This document shows, piece after piece, positions 20,978-29,308 of a DNA stretch of 44,740 bases. The stretch comes from Candidatus Oleincola secundus (lineage in GTDB: Bacteria > Atribacterota > Phoenicimicrobiia > Phoenicimicrobiales > Stramentimicrobiaceae). The notes below the pieces were generated by a model, which searched no databases, had not been told where the DNA came from, and saw only the letters and a list, made by a program, of their open reading frames with translations. Both the position numbers and the translations under genes were made by a program. The number at the start of each line of letters is the position of its first letter. Positions within the stretch are counted from its first letter, which is position 1. Where the stretch lies: NCBI GenBank assembly GCA_018400815.1, contig JAGYLS010000005.1, positions 1 to 44,740 on the forward strand, written 5' to 3'.

Positions 20978-21781
20978 ATGGATGCCTTAATAAAAAAAAT
21001 TGGTAATAGAATAAAGGAGATAAGAGAAAGAGAAGGGCTTTCTCAGGAAGATCTGGCAAAAAGAATGAAGATTAGCAGAGTAGCTGTTTCACAAATAGAA
21101 AACGGTAAACGAAGAATATGCACTGAGGAATTAATAGCATTATCCAGGATCTTTAATGTCTCAACAGATATTCTGCTTGATTTAAATAAAGATATTGAAG
21201 TTATTTTAGAAAAAAGCAGAAAAGAAAGACCCGGAGAAAAACAGGAAATCAGAATCAGTGTTCCTCAGAGAAATATAGAGAAATTCAAAGAAGTATTGCT
21301 TTATATTTTAGGGAAAGTAGGATCAAAACCTAATATCGGGCAGACAGTGCTATACAAACTGCTTTACTTTATCGATTTTAATTATTACGAAAAATATGAA
21401 GAACAATTAATTGGTGCTACCTATATTAAAAATCATCATGGACCTACACCGAAAGAATTTGTTAAGATCGTTAAAGAAATGGAAGGAAAAGATTTAGTTA
21501 AAATACAGGATAAATATTTTAAATATCCTCAAACAAAATATATTCCACTTAAAGATCCTGATTTATCTAAACTGAATGCCCGGGAATTAAGTGTGATTGA
21601 TGATGTTCTAAGTAAGCTTGCAGATATGAATGCTGCTCAAATAAGCGAATATTCTCATAATGATGTACCTTGGATGACCACAGAAGAAGAAGAGGTCATT
21701 GATTATGAATCGGTATTTTACCGAACTACACCTTATTCAGTGAGGGAGTATAGTGAAGAAAGAGAAGAAGAAGTTATTTAA
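20978..21781 (+). CDS. XRE HTH + DUF4065 (Panacea/SocA) antitoxin
   Basis: N-terminal GLSQEDLA..ISRVAVSQIENG HTH; LYKLLYFIDF, HGPTP and SHNDVPW Panacea-type motifs. Confidence 0.82.
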   Translation: MDALIKKIGNRIKEIREREGLSQEDLAKRMKISRVAVSQIENGKRRICTEELIALSRIFNVSTDILLDLNKDIEVILEKSRKERPGEKQEIRISVPQRNIEKFKEVLLYILGKVGSKPNIGQTVLYKLLYFIDFNYYEKYEEQLIGATYIKNHHGPTPKEFVKIVKEMEGKDLVKIQDKYFKYPQTKYIPLKDPDLSKLNARELSVIDDVLSKLADMNAAQISEYSHNDVPWMTTEEEEVIDYESVFYRTTPYSVREYSEEREEEVI

Positions 21782-22142
21782 TGAGATACGCAGAGTAAAG
21801 GAATTTGAAAGAGAATTCAAAAGTTTACTTAAAAAGTTAAAGACTTTGAATGATGATCTGGAAACATTTATCAATGTTCAGTTAAACCTGTATCATAAAC
21901 TAAAAATAAGCAATTCTGGTATTGTCAGAATATCTGATCTCAGCATTGAGAGCCCTAAAGTCTATAAAGTAAGAAAGTTTGCCTGTAGGTCGTTAAAAGG
22001 ATCTGGTGTTCAAAGTGGAATACGGATTATCTATGCCTACTATGAAGAACAAGACATCATTGAATTTGTAGAGATATATTATAAGGGTGACAAAGCAAAC
22101 GAAGACCGGGATAGAATATTGAGATATTATAAAAAAGATTGA
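21753..22142 (+). CDS. Putative RelE/ParE-fold toxin
   Basis: Basic 129-aa protein; VYKVR..SG.RIIYAY..EIYYKGDK pattern; overlaps the antitoxin stop. Confidence 0.65.
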   Translation: MKKEKKKLFNEIRRVKEFEREFKSLLKKLKTLNDDLETFINVQLNLYHKLKISNSGIVRISDLSIESPKVYKVRKFACRSLKGSGVQSGIRIIYAYYEEQDIIEFVEIYYKGDKANEDRDRILRYYKKD

Positions 22143-22233
22143 TAATACAATATAAAAAAGAAAAGAGGTGAGAAAAATGAGCAAAGACACTATTAAACCG
22201 GGAAATGACCCATACCCACCTATTATTTGATTT

Positions 22234-22275
22234 TGTCGTTGCGAGAACTGCTGAAAGTAGTTCGTGGCAATCTCA
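22234..22275. repeat. REP-like palindromic element (GTC.TTGCGA-hairpin-GCAATCTCA family)
   Basis: Reverse complement TGAGATTGCCAC..hairpin..TCGCAACGACA matches the 40379-40418 copy. Confidence 0.65.
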
Positions 22276-22314
22276 TTCAATTATTCCCACATTATTATAT
22301 TTTATATTAATTTT

Positions 22315-22532
22315 TTACTTTGCAACTTGCACCTTGCCTTTAATTGTATTTTCAACTCAATACTACATACCCGATACTGACTACTGTTTTGACTGGAAGA
22401 CCGGGGGATTTTCTTTTTGTCTTTCCACACAATATGCACGATGCAATACTTTTTATTCTGTAAACTGTAAACCGGGAACTGAAAACTATTATTATTAATT
22501 GACAAATCGGTAAATTGGATAATTGGTTAATT
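22315..22532. repeat. Cluster of degenerate 7- and 8-mer tandem repeats
   Basis: GCAACTT/GCACCTT; AATACTA/CATACCC/GATACTG; CTGTAAA/CTGTAAA/CCGGGAA/CTGAAAA; AATTGACA/AATCGGTA/AATTGGAT/AATTGGTT. Confidence 0.6.
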
Positions 22533-22653
22533 ATATTTATTGAAATGGAGTTAAAAAATAAGGAAGCATTTTAGAGATGGGAAAAATAATGTGAAAACGA
22601 TAGTAAAAAAATATATTGCATTTTTACGAGTTTTTATAATATACTATTTAGTG

Positions 22654-22805
22654 ATGCAATAAAGGGGAGTAGCTTGTGACTTGTATTTTTATGTCACTTT
22701 ACTGGTCGTCAAGACGGTATAAATAACCCGGTCAGTATCTCATAATTATTTATGAAAGCAAGACTTTTATTTGCAGCCAAGAGCTGCATTAAAAGTCTTT
22801 TTTTT
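22654..22805 (+). promoter_or_regulatory. yybP-ykoY (Mn2+) riboswitch with intrinsic terminator
   Basis: AAAGGGGAGTAGC..GTCGTCAAGACGG..CCGG..GCAAGACTTT; terminator AAGACTTTTA..TGCAGC/GCTGCA..TAAAAGTCTT followed by a T run. Confidence 0.88.
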
Positions 22806-22840
22806 ATAAATTTTTTATTAAAAAGGATGTGTAAAAGCTA

Positions 22841-23806
22841 TTGGATTATCTTTTTCCTTTTGTGTTATTTTTTATAGGTTTTCTCATGATTATAAAAGGA
22901 AGTGATACCTTCATTGATTCAGTTATTTGGTTTACCAAGATAACTAAAATTCCTGATATTATAATTGGTGCTACCTTAGTCAGTTTGGGCACTACTTTGC
23001 CCGAACTTATGGTATCTGCAGGTGCTGCTATACATGGTAATACAGAAATAGCTATAGGAAATGCCTTGGGTTCTATCATCTGCAATACTGGATTAATTTT
23101 AGCAATAATTATTATTGTATCCCGCCCAAAATTTACAAATAAAAAAGAATTTCAGCAGAATGGAATTCTCTTAATGTTGCTTTTATTGTTACTTACTTTT
23201 GTAAGCTTTGTCTATGGTGAAATATCACGTTTCACAGGCATTATCCTGTTGGGGATTTTAGTTTGGTATTTATATAAAAATGTCCAGAAAAGTATTTCTA
23301 AAAATAAAACAACTCAAAATGAAGATAATAAAGAAAGAATTGTAAATACCAAAAAAATTATATTAAATTCAGTTATGTTTATCATTGGCCTCACACTAAC
23401 GCTTTTCGGTTCCAGATTGCTGATAACCAATGGAGAAAAAATTGCCATACTTTTAAGAGTACCTGATGTAATTATAGGTTTAACCATGACTGCTTTTGGC
23501 ACATCATTGCCCGAATTGATGACTGCAATAACCTCACTGAGAAAAAAAGCCTATAATATTTCTATAGGTAATATCCTGGGGGCTAATATTCTAAATGTCA
23601 TCCTGGTAATCGCTGTATCTTCAACAATATTACCCATACCTATTAATGGAAATATCTTACATTTACACCTGCCATTTGTATTGCTCATTGTAAGTATCAC
23701 ATTATTATTCTCATTTATGTGTAAAAATACTTTTCGAAGACGCTGTGGTTTTATGATGGTTTTTGCCTATATAAATTATCTTTTATTCACATTTAATTTG
23801 TTTTAA
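22841..23806 (+). CDS. Cation/Ca2+ antiporter (CaCA, YrbG-like)
   Basis: Alpha repeats GTTLPEL/GNALGS and GTSLPEL/GNILGANI. Confidence 0.9.
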   Translation: MDYLFPFVLFFIGFLMIIKGSDTFIDSVIWFTKITKIPDIIIGATLVSLGTTLPELMVSAGAAIHGNTEIAIGNALGSIICNTGLILAIIIIVSRPKFTNKKEFQQNGILLMLLLLLLTFVSFVYGEISRFTGIILLGILVWYLYKNVQKSISKNKTTQNEDNKERIVNTKKIILNSVMFIIGLTLTLFGSRLLITNGEKIAILLRVPDVIIGLTMTAFGTSLPELMTAITSLRKKAYNISIGNILGANILNVILVIAVSSTILPIPINGNILHLHLPFVLLIVSITLLFSFMCKNTFRRRCGFMMVFAYINYLLFTFNLF

Positions 23807-23871
23807 TCAATTATTTATTTATAGACCCCTTAATTTTACCCCTATTGAATATTTATCACATGGAAAATTTA

Positions 23872-24225
23872 TTATCTAAGAGTTCTTATGGAAAAAATAT
23901 GTATGCTGACCATTATTGCCACCAGCACTAAAAAAATCCTGACTGAGAAAATTTCAACAAAAAAGATAGAAACTAAGATGGTAATCCATAATAAAGAAGC
24001 AGTCCATACCTTAATTTTCATAGCAATGCCATTACCCTCACGGTAATTTTTAATATAATCTCCAAACCATTTATTATGTAAAAGCCAATAATAAAAACGG
24101 TCTGAACTCCTGGCATAAGAAGCTGCTGCAAGCAGAAGAAATGGAGTGGTTGGCAGGATAGGTAAAAAGATGCCAATTACGCCTAGAAAGACAAAAAATG
24201 TTCCTGCTATGATTAAAGCTACCCT
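23872..24225 (-). pseudogene. YbaN (DUF454) family membrane protein lacking its 5' end
   Basis: Manual translation ..ALIIAGTFFVFLGVIGIFLPILPTTPFLLLAAASYARSSDRFYYWLLHNKWFGDYIKNY..RTLR*; no start codon, replaced by the transposase-element end. Confidence 0.8.
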
Positions 24226-24236
24226 AGGGAAACATA

Positions 24237-25075
24237 GGGACGGTTCTTTGTTTCATGCTTTAAAGATTTTATTGACCGTCAATCCTGTCAATCTGGATAC
24301 TTGTCTTAATGAGCATCCTTCCAGTTCTTTTAGATATTTCAAGACCTTGTCTTGTGTTATTGTGGGTGTATTTTGTAGGGTGGCTAATTCTATATGATAT
24401 TTACTTAATACTAAATGTCTTATCTCTTTATCGGATAGAGTCTCTCTTTTTGCGGACATTTCAAGACAACAATCATTGTTTGGTTCTTGGTTAAACCGTT
24501 TTAATCCTTCGATCGCTTTCTCCTTATCTTGGTGGAACATTTTTAGGGCAAATTCGATATTAACTATCTTCGGTTGGTTAATATATTCAGTATAACTGCT
24601 CCACTTGTAGGAATCAATATGATTGACCAGACCTGCTTTTAACGGATTCTGGTGGATGTATCTCAACACAGTCAGGAAATAAGCATCATCTTCCACCGGT
24701 TCACTTTTGTATCTGTCCTGGAATAGGTGTCCTTTGCGGTTATACTGCCAGTTGTACCAGGAAACATAGCTGGTTCCTATTCTCTTCATGAAATTAGAAA
24801 GAGCTTCTCTTCCTTCCTTGATTAATATGTGAACATGGTTGTTCATTAAGCAATAGGCATAGATTTCATATTTACTTTTTTGATGGTATTTTGCGAGAAT
24901 GGCCATAAATTTTTCGTTATCTTCATTAACAGAGAAGATGTTCTGCTGATTAATGCCTCTTATCATAATGTGATAGATTTTACTATTACTTTTTATTCTG
25001 GCTACCCTTGGCATATCAATACCTCACTGCTAGTTTATAATGTCAGTGGAGTATTGTCAAACAAAGAACCGTCCC
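24237..25075 (-). mobile_element. REP-associated tyrosine transposase element bounded by 17-bp inverted repeats
   Basis: GGGACGGTTCTTTGTTT (24237-24253) and AAACAAAGAACCGTCCC (25059-25075) are perfect inverted copies. Confidence 0.82.
24253..25014 (-). CDS. Y1 (HUH) transposase, RAYT type
   Basis: YHIMIRG, YCLMNNHVH, GHLFQDRY, YIHQNP..AG, YKWSSY motifs; C-terminal HTH-like segment. Confidence 0.9.
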   Translation of the reverse strand: MPRVARIKSNSKIYHIMIRGINQQNIFSVNEDNEKFMAILAKYHQKSKYEIYAYCLMNNHVHILIKEGREALSNFMKRIGTSYVSWYNWQYNRKGHLFQDRYKSEPVEDDAYFLTVLRYIHQNPLKAGLVNHIDSYKWSSYTEYINQPKIVNIEFALKMFHQDKEKAIEGLKRFNQEPNNDCCLEMSAKRETLSDKEIRHLVLSKYHIELATLQNTPTITQDKVLKYLKELEGCSLRQVSRLTGLTVNKIFKA

Positions 25076-25102
25076 CCTGTTTTTATGGGTGAATTCGGTG
25101 CC

Positions 25103-25131
25103 TTGCTTTTAAAAGTTTTAAATGTTAATAT
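25103..25131 (+). promoter_or_regulatory. Putative promoter of the GGDEF/B12 cassette
   Basis: TTGCTT-17-TAATAT with extended -10 TG. Confidence 0.55.
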
Positions 25132-25160
25132 CTAATTGAATATTGGAATTTAATAAAAAG

Positions 25161-25838
25161 ATGGTAGACATGGAAAAAATCAATGATGAAAAGAATGAAT
25201 TTCTGGAAAACGGCACTCCCGCTGATTCAGATTTATCATATTATGACGAAATATCTAAACTAAACAATGAACTGGTTAATATAACCCGGGAGCTTACAAA
25301 AAAGAATATCGCTCTTGAGAAGGCCAGTGAAAAAATAAACCACCTTTTACGAACGGATCACCTTACAGGCATAGCGAATCGTATGTATTTTATGGAGTAT
25401 TTCACCAAGGCTCATTCTGGCGCAATCCGACATAGTTTGCCGCTAACCCTGGTAATGGTCGATATAGATGATTTTAAAACAATAAATGACAGCTATGGTC
25501 ACCAGGCTGGAGACGAGGTTCTTATTGCTGTTGCCCAGCTGCTGCAGTCGGGATGTCGCAAAGAGGATTTGGCCGCCCGCTTTGGCGGGGAAGAATTTAC
25601 TATACTGCTTGTTCATACCAATGCTGAGCAGGGTAAACTACAAGTTGAACGGATCCGCCGCGATCTTGAAAACCTGGCTATAGGTAAATTCGGTTGTTTG
25701 GTTACTGCCAGCTTTGGGTTGAGCCCACTTACAGACGATGGAAGTATCGATAATATGATTAGTCAGGCCGATAAGGCACTTTACCAGGCTAAAGAAAAAG
25801 GCAAAAACAGGACCATTATTTATGGGGAAGAGGTGTAA
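25161..25838 (+). CDS. Diguanylate cyclase with N-terminal coiled coil
   Basis: TDHLTG, DIDDFK.IND.YGH..GD, I-site RKED, RFGGEEF, ADKALY.AK..GKNR; start uncertain (25143/25161/25170). Confidence 0.9.
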   Translation: MVDMEKINDEKNEFLENGTPADSDLSYYDEISKLNNELVNITRELTKKNIALEKASEKINHLLRTDHLTGIANRMYFMEYFTKAHSGAIRHSLPLTLVMVDIDDFKTINDSYGHQAGDEVLIAVAQLLQSGCRKEDLAARFGGEEFTILLVHTNAEQGKLQVERIRRDLENLAIGKFGCLVTASFGLSPLTDDGSIDNMISQADKALYQAKEKGKNRTIIYGEEV

Positions 25839-25842
25839 AAAG

Positions 25843-26229
25843 ATGGGTTTTAGCTCTAATATCAGGGCCGCGGTTGATAGGAACAGAGATAACATCCTGT
25901 CAGTTTTGCAGAAAGAGGCTGCGTCGAAAGATTATTTTAAGAGCTTGCCCATGCCGTTTGAGCAGTTTATGGAAGTCATCTGCAACGACTACCTTGAAAC
26001 CATGGTAATTTGTTATGAAACAGGAAGCATGGCTATTTTCAGGGAAAAACTGGCCTGGTTTCAGGATATGTACAAAAGTAGAACCCAGGGTATTTATGCA
26101 CCGGGCGCTCTTTCTGATTTTTTCGTTCTTCTGAGAAAGCATGTTTTAGCAGAATGCGGATCAGACGTGGACGGAATGGAAAAATTGTTGGATGATATGG
26201 CCGCTGTTATTAAAGAATACGATCAATGA
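25843..26229 (+). CDS. Small all-helical protein, possibly globin/phycobilin-like
   Basis: SD GAGGTG before ATG 25843; tightly packed between GGDEF and B12 genes; pattern C.DYLE.M....ETGS..IF...LAWF..MY.SR. Confidence 0.6.
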   Translation: MGFSSNIRAAVDRNRDNILSVLQKEAASKDYFKSLPMPFEQFMEVICNDYLETMVICYETGSMAIFREKLAWFQDMYKSRTQGIYAPGALSDFFVLLRKHVLAECGSDVDGMEKLLDDMAAVIKEYDQ

Positions 26230-26240
26230 GGTGATCTGTA

Positions 26241-26906
26241 ATGACCCTTGAAAATACTTATGAGAGTTACCTGGGATTTACCTTAGAAGGCGATAAAAAA
26301 AGCTCCAGGCAGGTTATTGAAGAGGCTATCAAGTCAGGCGTACCGGCAATTGATATCTATTACCATGTTTTTTACCCCACAATGGTTAAGACCGGTGAAC
26401 TGTGGCAGAAGAACCAGATCAGTGTTGCCCGGGAGCATATGATCACCGCAACAACCCAGAACATAATAGCCTCCCTCTACCCGCTAATTTTTAAAGATTT
26501 GGTCGAACAGGAAGATAGCAGGGGCAAGATCCTGATTGCCTGCCCGGGGGAAGAGCTCCATGAACTGGGAATCAGAATGCTTGCCGATATCTGGGAGCTT
26601 GAGGGCTGGGATGTTACTTATCTCGGTTCAAATATTCCGGCACAGTTTATTACTGATAAATTAATGGAAGAGAATTATGATGTACTAGCGCTATCTAACT
26701 CTATATCGTTTAACCTAAAATACTCAAAAGAAACAATTGAAAAAGCTAAAGCGGCAGGTTATACAGGGCTTACGGTAGTCGGCGGCAGGGTTTTTAATGT
26801 CGATCCATCTTTAAAAGATTATGTCGGAGCTGATTATCTTGGGTCCGATTTTTACCAGGCAGTTCAGATTCTCGAAGAAATTGAGCAGAATAAAACTGCC
26901 CATTAG
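26241..26906 (+). CDS. Stand-alone cobalamin-binding protein (CarH/AerR-type B12 domain, no HTH)
   Basis: GELW-x9-EH helical cap, ELHELG (ExHxxG), LGSNIP, LALS, VGG. Confidence 0.85.
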   Translation: MTLENTYESYLGFTLEGDKKSSRQVIEEAIKSGVPAIDIYYHVFYPTMVKTGELWQKNQISVAREHMITATTQNIIASLYPLIFKDLVEQEDSRGKILIACPGEELHELGIRMLADIWELEGWDVTYLGSNIPAQFITDKLMEENYDVLALSNSISFNLKYSKETIEKAKAAGYTGLTVVGGRVFNVDPSLKDYVGADYLGSDFYQAVQILEEIEQNKTAH

Positions 26907-26932
26907 AATATATCGTCATAGATAATTTTATT

Positions 26933-27611
26933 GGGGTCAGAATTTTATTGGAATCAGGTCTTGAATTATCAGTTTTCTTCTTCATTTTCCACCTTCTTAA
27001 TTATCTTACTTACAGTTGTATAATGCAAACCAAGGTATCGACCAGTCTCTTTTAGAGTATAGCGATACTTCTGCTTAGCCTGGTATATTTTCCTCTCCCT
27101 TTTATCATTGGTCTGAAATATCTTATCTAAAGATGGCCTAGAAGCATAGAGCTGTTTTCTTGGTATTTCTGTTAATTGTTCTTTTTGTTCCATGAATTTT
27201 TCCATCTTAGCCAGAAAATATTCTGAACCGAGAAAGATCTGTCCTTTGACCTGTTTTAAGGGTGATTCTTTATTGATACCGAAAGGACAAAATCTTGATA
27301 AGATATCCTGGCAGTCTTTTTATCCGGTAGTTTTCTTTTTCTACTAAGATGGATTCAAATCTTCCCTGCGAGAGATGTCCTACTGTCTGGTATTTTTTGT
27401 TGATATGCTGGGTATAGGTGCCATTAAGTTGTCTTATCCCCTGGGAGAGATTTCCTTCCGGTGTTTCTAAAAGCAAATGATAATGATTGTGCATCACTTT
27501 TCATTTCGCCGGGCAGTGACAAGATAGAGTGCTCCGGGGAATTTGATACGCAATGGTCTGGCCATGAGAATAATATAGCAATTTAAAACTTATAGTTCAA
27601 GACCTGACCCC
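26933..27611 (-). mobile_element. Degenerate second RAYT-type element
   Basis: Right end TTCAAGACCTGACCCC (27596-27611) is inverted relative to GGGGTCAG (26933-26940) and TCAGGTCTTGAA (26954-26965). Confidence 0.7.
26969..27565 (-). pseudogene. Fragmented Y1/RAYT transposase
   Basis: MARPLRIKFPGALYLVTAR.. from ATG 27565; HNHYHLLLETPEGNLS..GHLSQGRF fragment; C-terminal HTH fragment; internal deletions and frame changes. Confidence 0.85.
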
Positions 27612-27620
27612 TTTTTCTTT

Positions 27621-27689
27621 CCGTTTGGCTATGACCTTACCAGACAGGGTTTTCACCTGCTAAATATCACGACCTAAGCCTGGCCGCAC
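27621..27689 (-). mobile_element. 5'-terminal remnant of a group II intron
   Basis: Starts GTGCGGCCAGGCTTAGGTCG, then GCAGGTGAAAACCCTGT hairpin and GGTAAGG..TAGCCAA, resembling the domain I 5' region; no RT gene or domain V. Confidence 0.6.
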
Positions 27690-27803
27690 CAAAGGACTGT
27701 CCCCTGGTTTGGTTTCTAAATTATCTTTTATTCACATTTAATTTTTTTAATCAATTATAAACCCCATATCTTCCTTCGCCCCCTGTATCAATGGAATACT
27801 TTT

Positions 27804-28133
27804 TTGAGTGACAATTCGAATGCTTGCATAAAATTACTAACAATGCTATTGTTTTTTTATGGCAAAGATAAAGATAAAATTATTCCTCACACTCCAAAAA
27901 ATATTAGCTCTGACAACAATATTGTCGAAGCTTCTACTATGATAGAGGCAGTTAAAGAACTAATAAAAAAATATTCCTTACTTAAAAGAGAGCTTGTAAA
28001 TGAAGATTTTACCCTCAAAGATGATTATATTTACCTTGTAAATGGTAGAAATATAGCTTTCCTCCAAGGAGAAAATACGATCCTGAAAGACGGTGACCGA
28101 GTCACAATTTTCCCACCCATAGGTGGGGGTTAA
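27804..28133 (+). CDS. MoaD/ThiS-family sulfur carrier; 5' end atypical or chimeric
   Basis: LVNGRNI.FL.G..T.LKDGD.V.IFPP.GGG C-terminus. Confidence 0.75.
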   Translation: MSDNSNACIKLLTMLLFFYGKDKDKIIPHTPKNISSDNNIVEASTMIEAVKELIKKYSLLKRELVNEDFTLKDDYIYLVNGRNIAFLQGENTILKDGDRVTIFPPIGGG

Positions 28134-28134
28134 G

Positions 28135-29232
28135 CTATGGGCACTTAATGATTCCTCTTGCCCAAAGACAATCAGCACAGGAAGGATTATTCCCCCAACA
28201 GTCAAATTCTGTATTTTCGGTAAAACTACATGCATCCATTAGCGAGCAGTCTGTACAGGACGGATAAATAGAATTCTTTATATTATATCTAAATACTTCA
28301 TAGTTCTTACTAGTCCATATGTCAGAAAGTTTTTCCTTGAAAGTATTACCAAAAGAATGAGCCACAACTTCCTTTTTCCTTCCAAAAATGAACTCATTGT
28401 AACTATGCAAAAACCGATAACAAGGGGCAACCTCACCATCCCACCTTATCACAGTTGATTTATTTTCAACAAATTGACAAGTTCGTTCTGTTTGTAAATT
28501 AAATTTAGGAAATTCAAGTCTTACATTGTATTTTCCAATTACTGTATTTAAATCATTTATTAGCTTTTGATAGTCCATTGAGTCATCATAAATTATTTCT
28601 TTTGTTAATAGTTTGTTAAATGGCATTAGATTCGAAAACAGAATATGATTTACACCAACTTTATTTGCAAGTTGAAGTATACCAAAAAGCAGGTTTTTGT
28701 TACTTTTCATCACCACAACCTCTATACCTATTTCCGGAAGGCTTCTTCTAAGTTTTTTCTTCATTTTTTGGATAGCCAGGATATTACTTTCAATATTAAA
28801 AAAATCTGTACCTCTTATATCCCTGTATATGGCAGGTTCCGGTGCATCTATGGAAACCATAATTTTATCAACTCCGTATTCAATTAAGCTATCGGCATAT
28901 TTAGCGATTTGGGTTCCATTTGTGCCAAATTCCAATCTATAACCGGCTTCCTTAACTGTTTTTATAATTTTAATAAAATCTGGATGAATTGTTGGTTCAC
29001 CTATTCCTCCAAGATATACTGTTTCAAGCTCAGAAAATTCTTTAGCTTGTTTTAGTATATCTTGAAAGTGCTCAAAACTCATTTGTCCTAAAGGGTCCTT
29101 CCAAAATCTCCTAAAACACATTTTACAGTTGAGGTTACATTCATTAGTAATTTCAATGTATAATTTTTTTAGGTCATTCTTTCTTTGAATTGCTAATACA
29201 TAATCTTTATAATTAAGTTTAATTATTTTCAT
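28135..29232 (-). CDS. Radical SAM/SPASM protein, tungsten-oxidoreductase maturase type
   Basis: CNLNCKMC, GIGEP and a Cys-rich C-terminus (PSCTDC..DCWGNNPSCADCLW..CP); directly downstream of aor. Confidence 0.85.
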   Translation of the reverse strand: MKIIKLNYKDYVLAIQRKNDLKKLYIEITNECNLNCKMCFRRFWKDPLGQMSFEHFQDILKQAKEFSELETVYLGGIGEPTIHPDFIKIIKTVKEAGYRLEFGTNGTQIAKYADSLIEYGVDKIMVSIDAPEPAIYRDIRGTDFFNIESNILAIQKMKKKLRRSLPEIGIEVVVMKSNKNLLFGILQLANKVGVNHILFSNLMPFNKLLTKEIIYDDSMDYQKLINDLNTVIGKYNVRLEFPKFNLQTERTCQFVENKSTVIRWDGEVAPCYRFLHSYNEFIFGRKKEVVAHSFGNTFKEKLSDIWTSKNYEVFRYNIKNSIYPSCTDCSLMDACSFTENTEFDCWGNNPSCADCLWARGIIKCP

Positions 29233-29247
29233 CTTTTTCTAATAAAT

Positions 29248-29272
29248 AAAGGGGAGATTGGTTTCTCCCCTT
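29248..29272 (-). terminator. Hairpin/terminator between aor and the radical SAM gene
   Basis: Minus strand AAGGGGAGA-AACCAA-TCTCCCCTT followed by TATTT. Confidence 0.5.
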
Positions 29273-29308
29273 ATTATCCTAATTCTTCAAAATCTTTAAA
29301 AATTCATC

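Noticed and set aside
18035..22532. CRISPR array
   Set aside because: Units are 7-8 bp, degenerate and spacer-free; no cas genes
26241..26906. Methyltransferase corrinoid protein or CarH repressor
   Set aside because: It has ExH and W-x9-EH rather than DxH with methyltransferase partners, and lacks a MerR HTH
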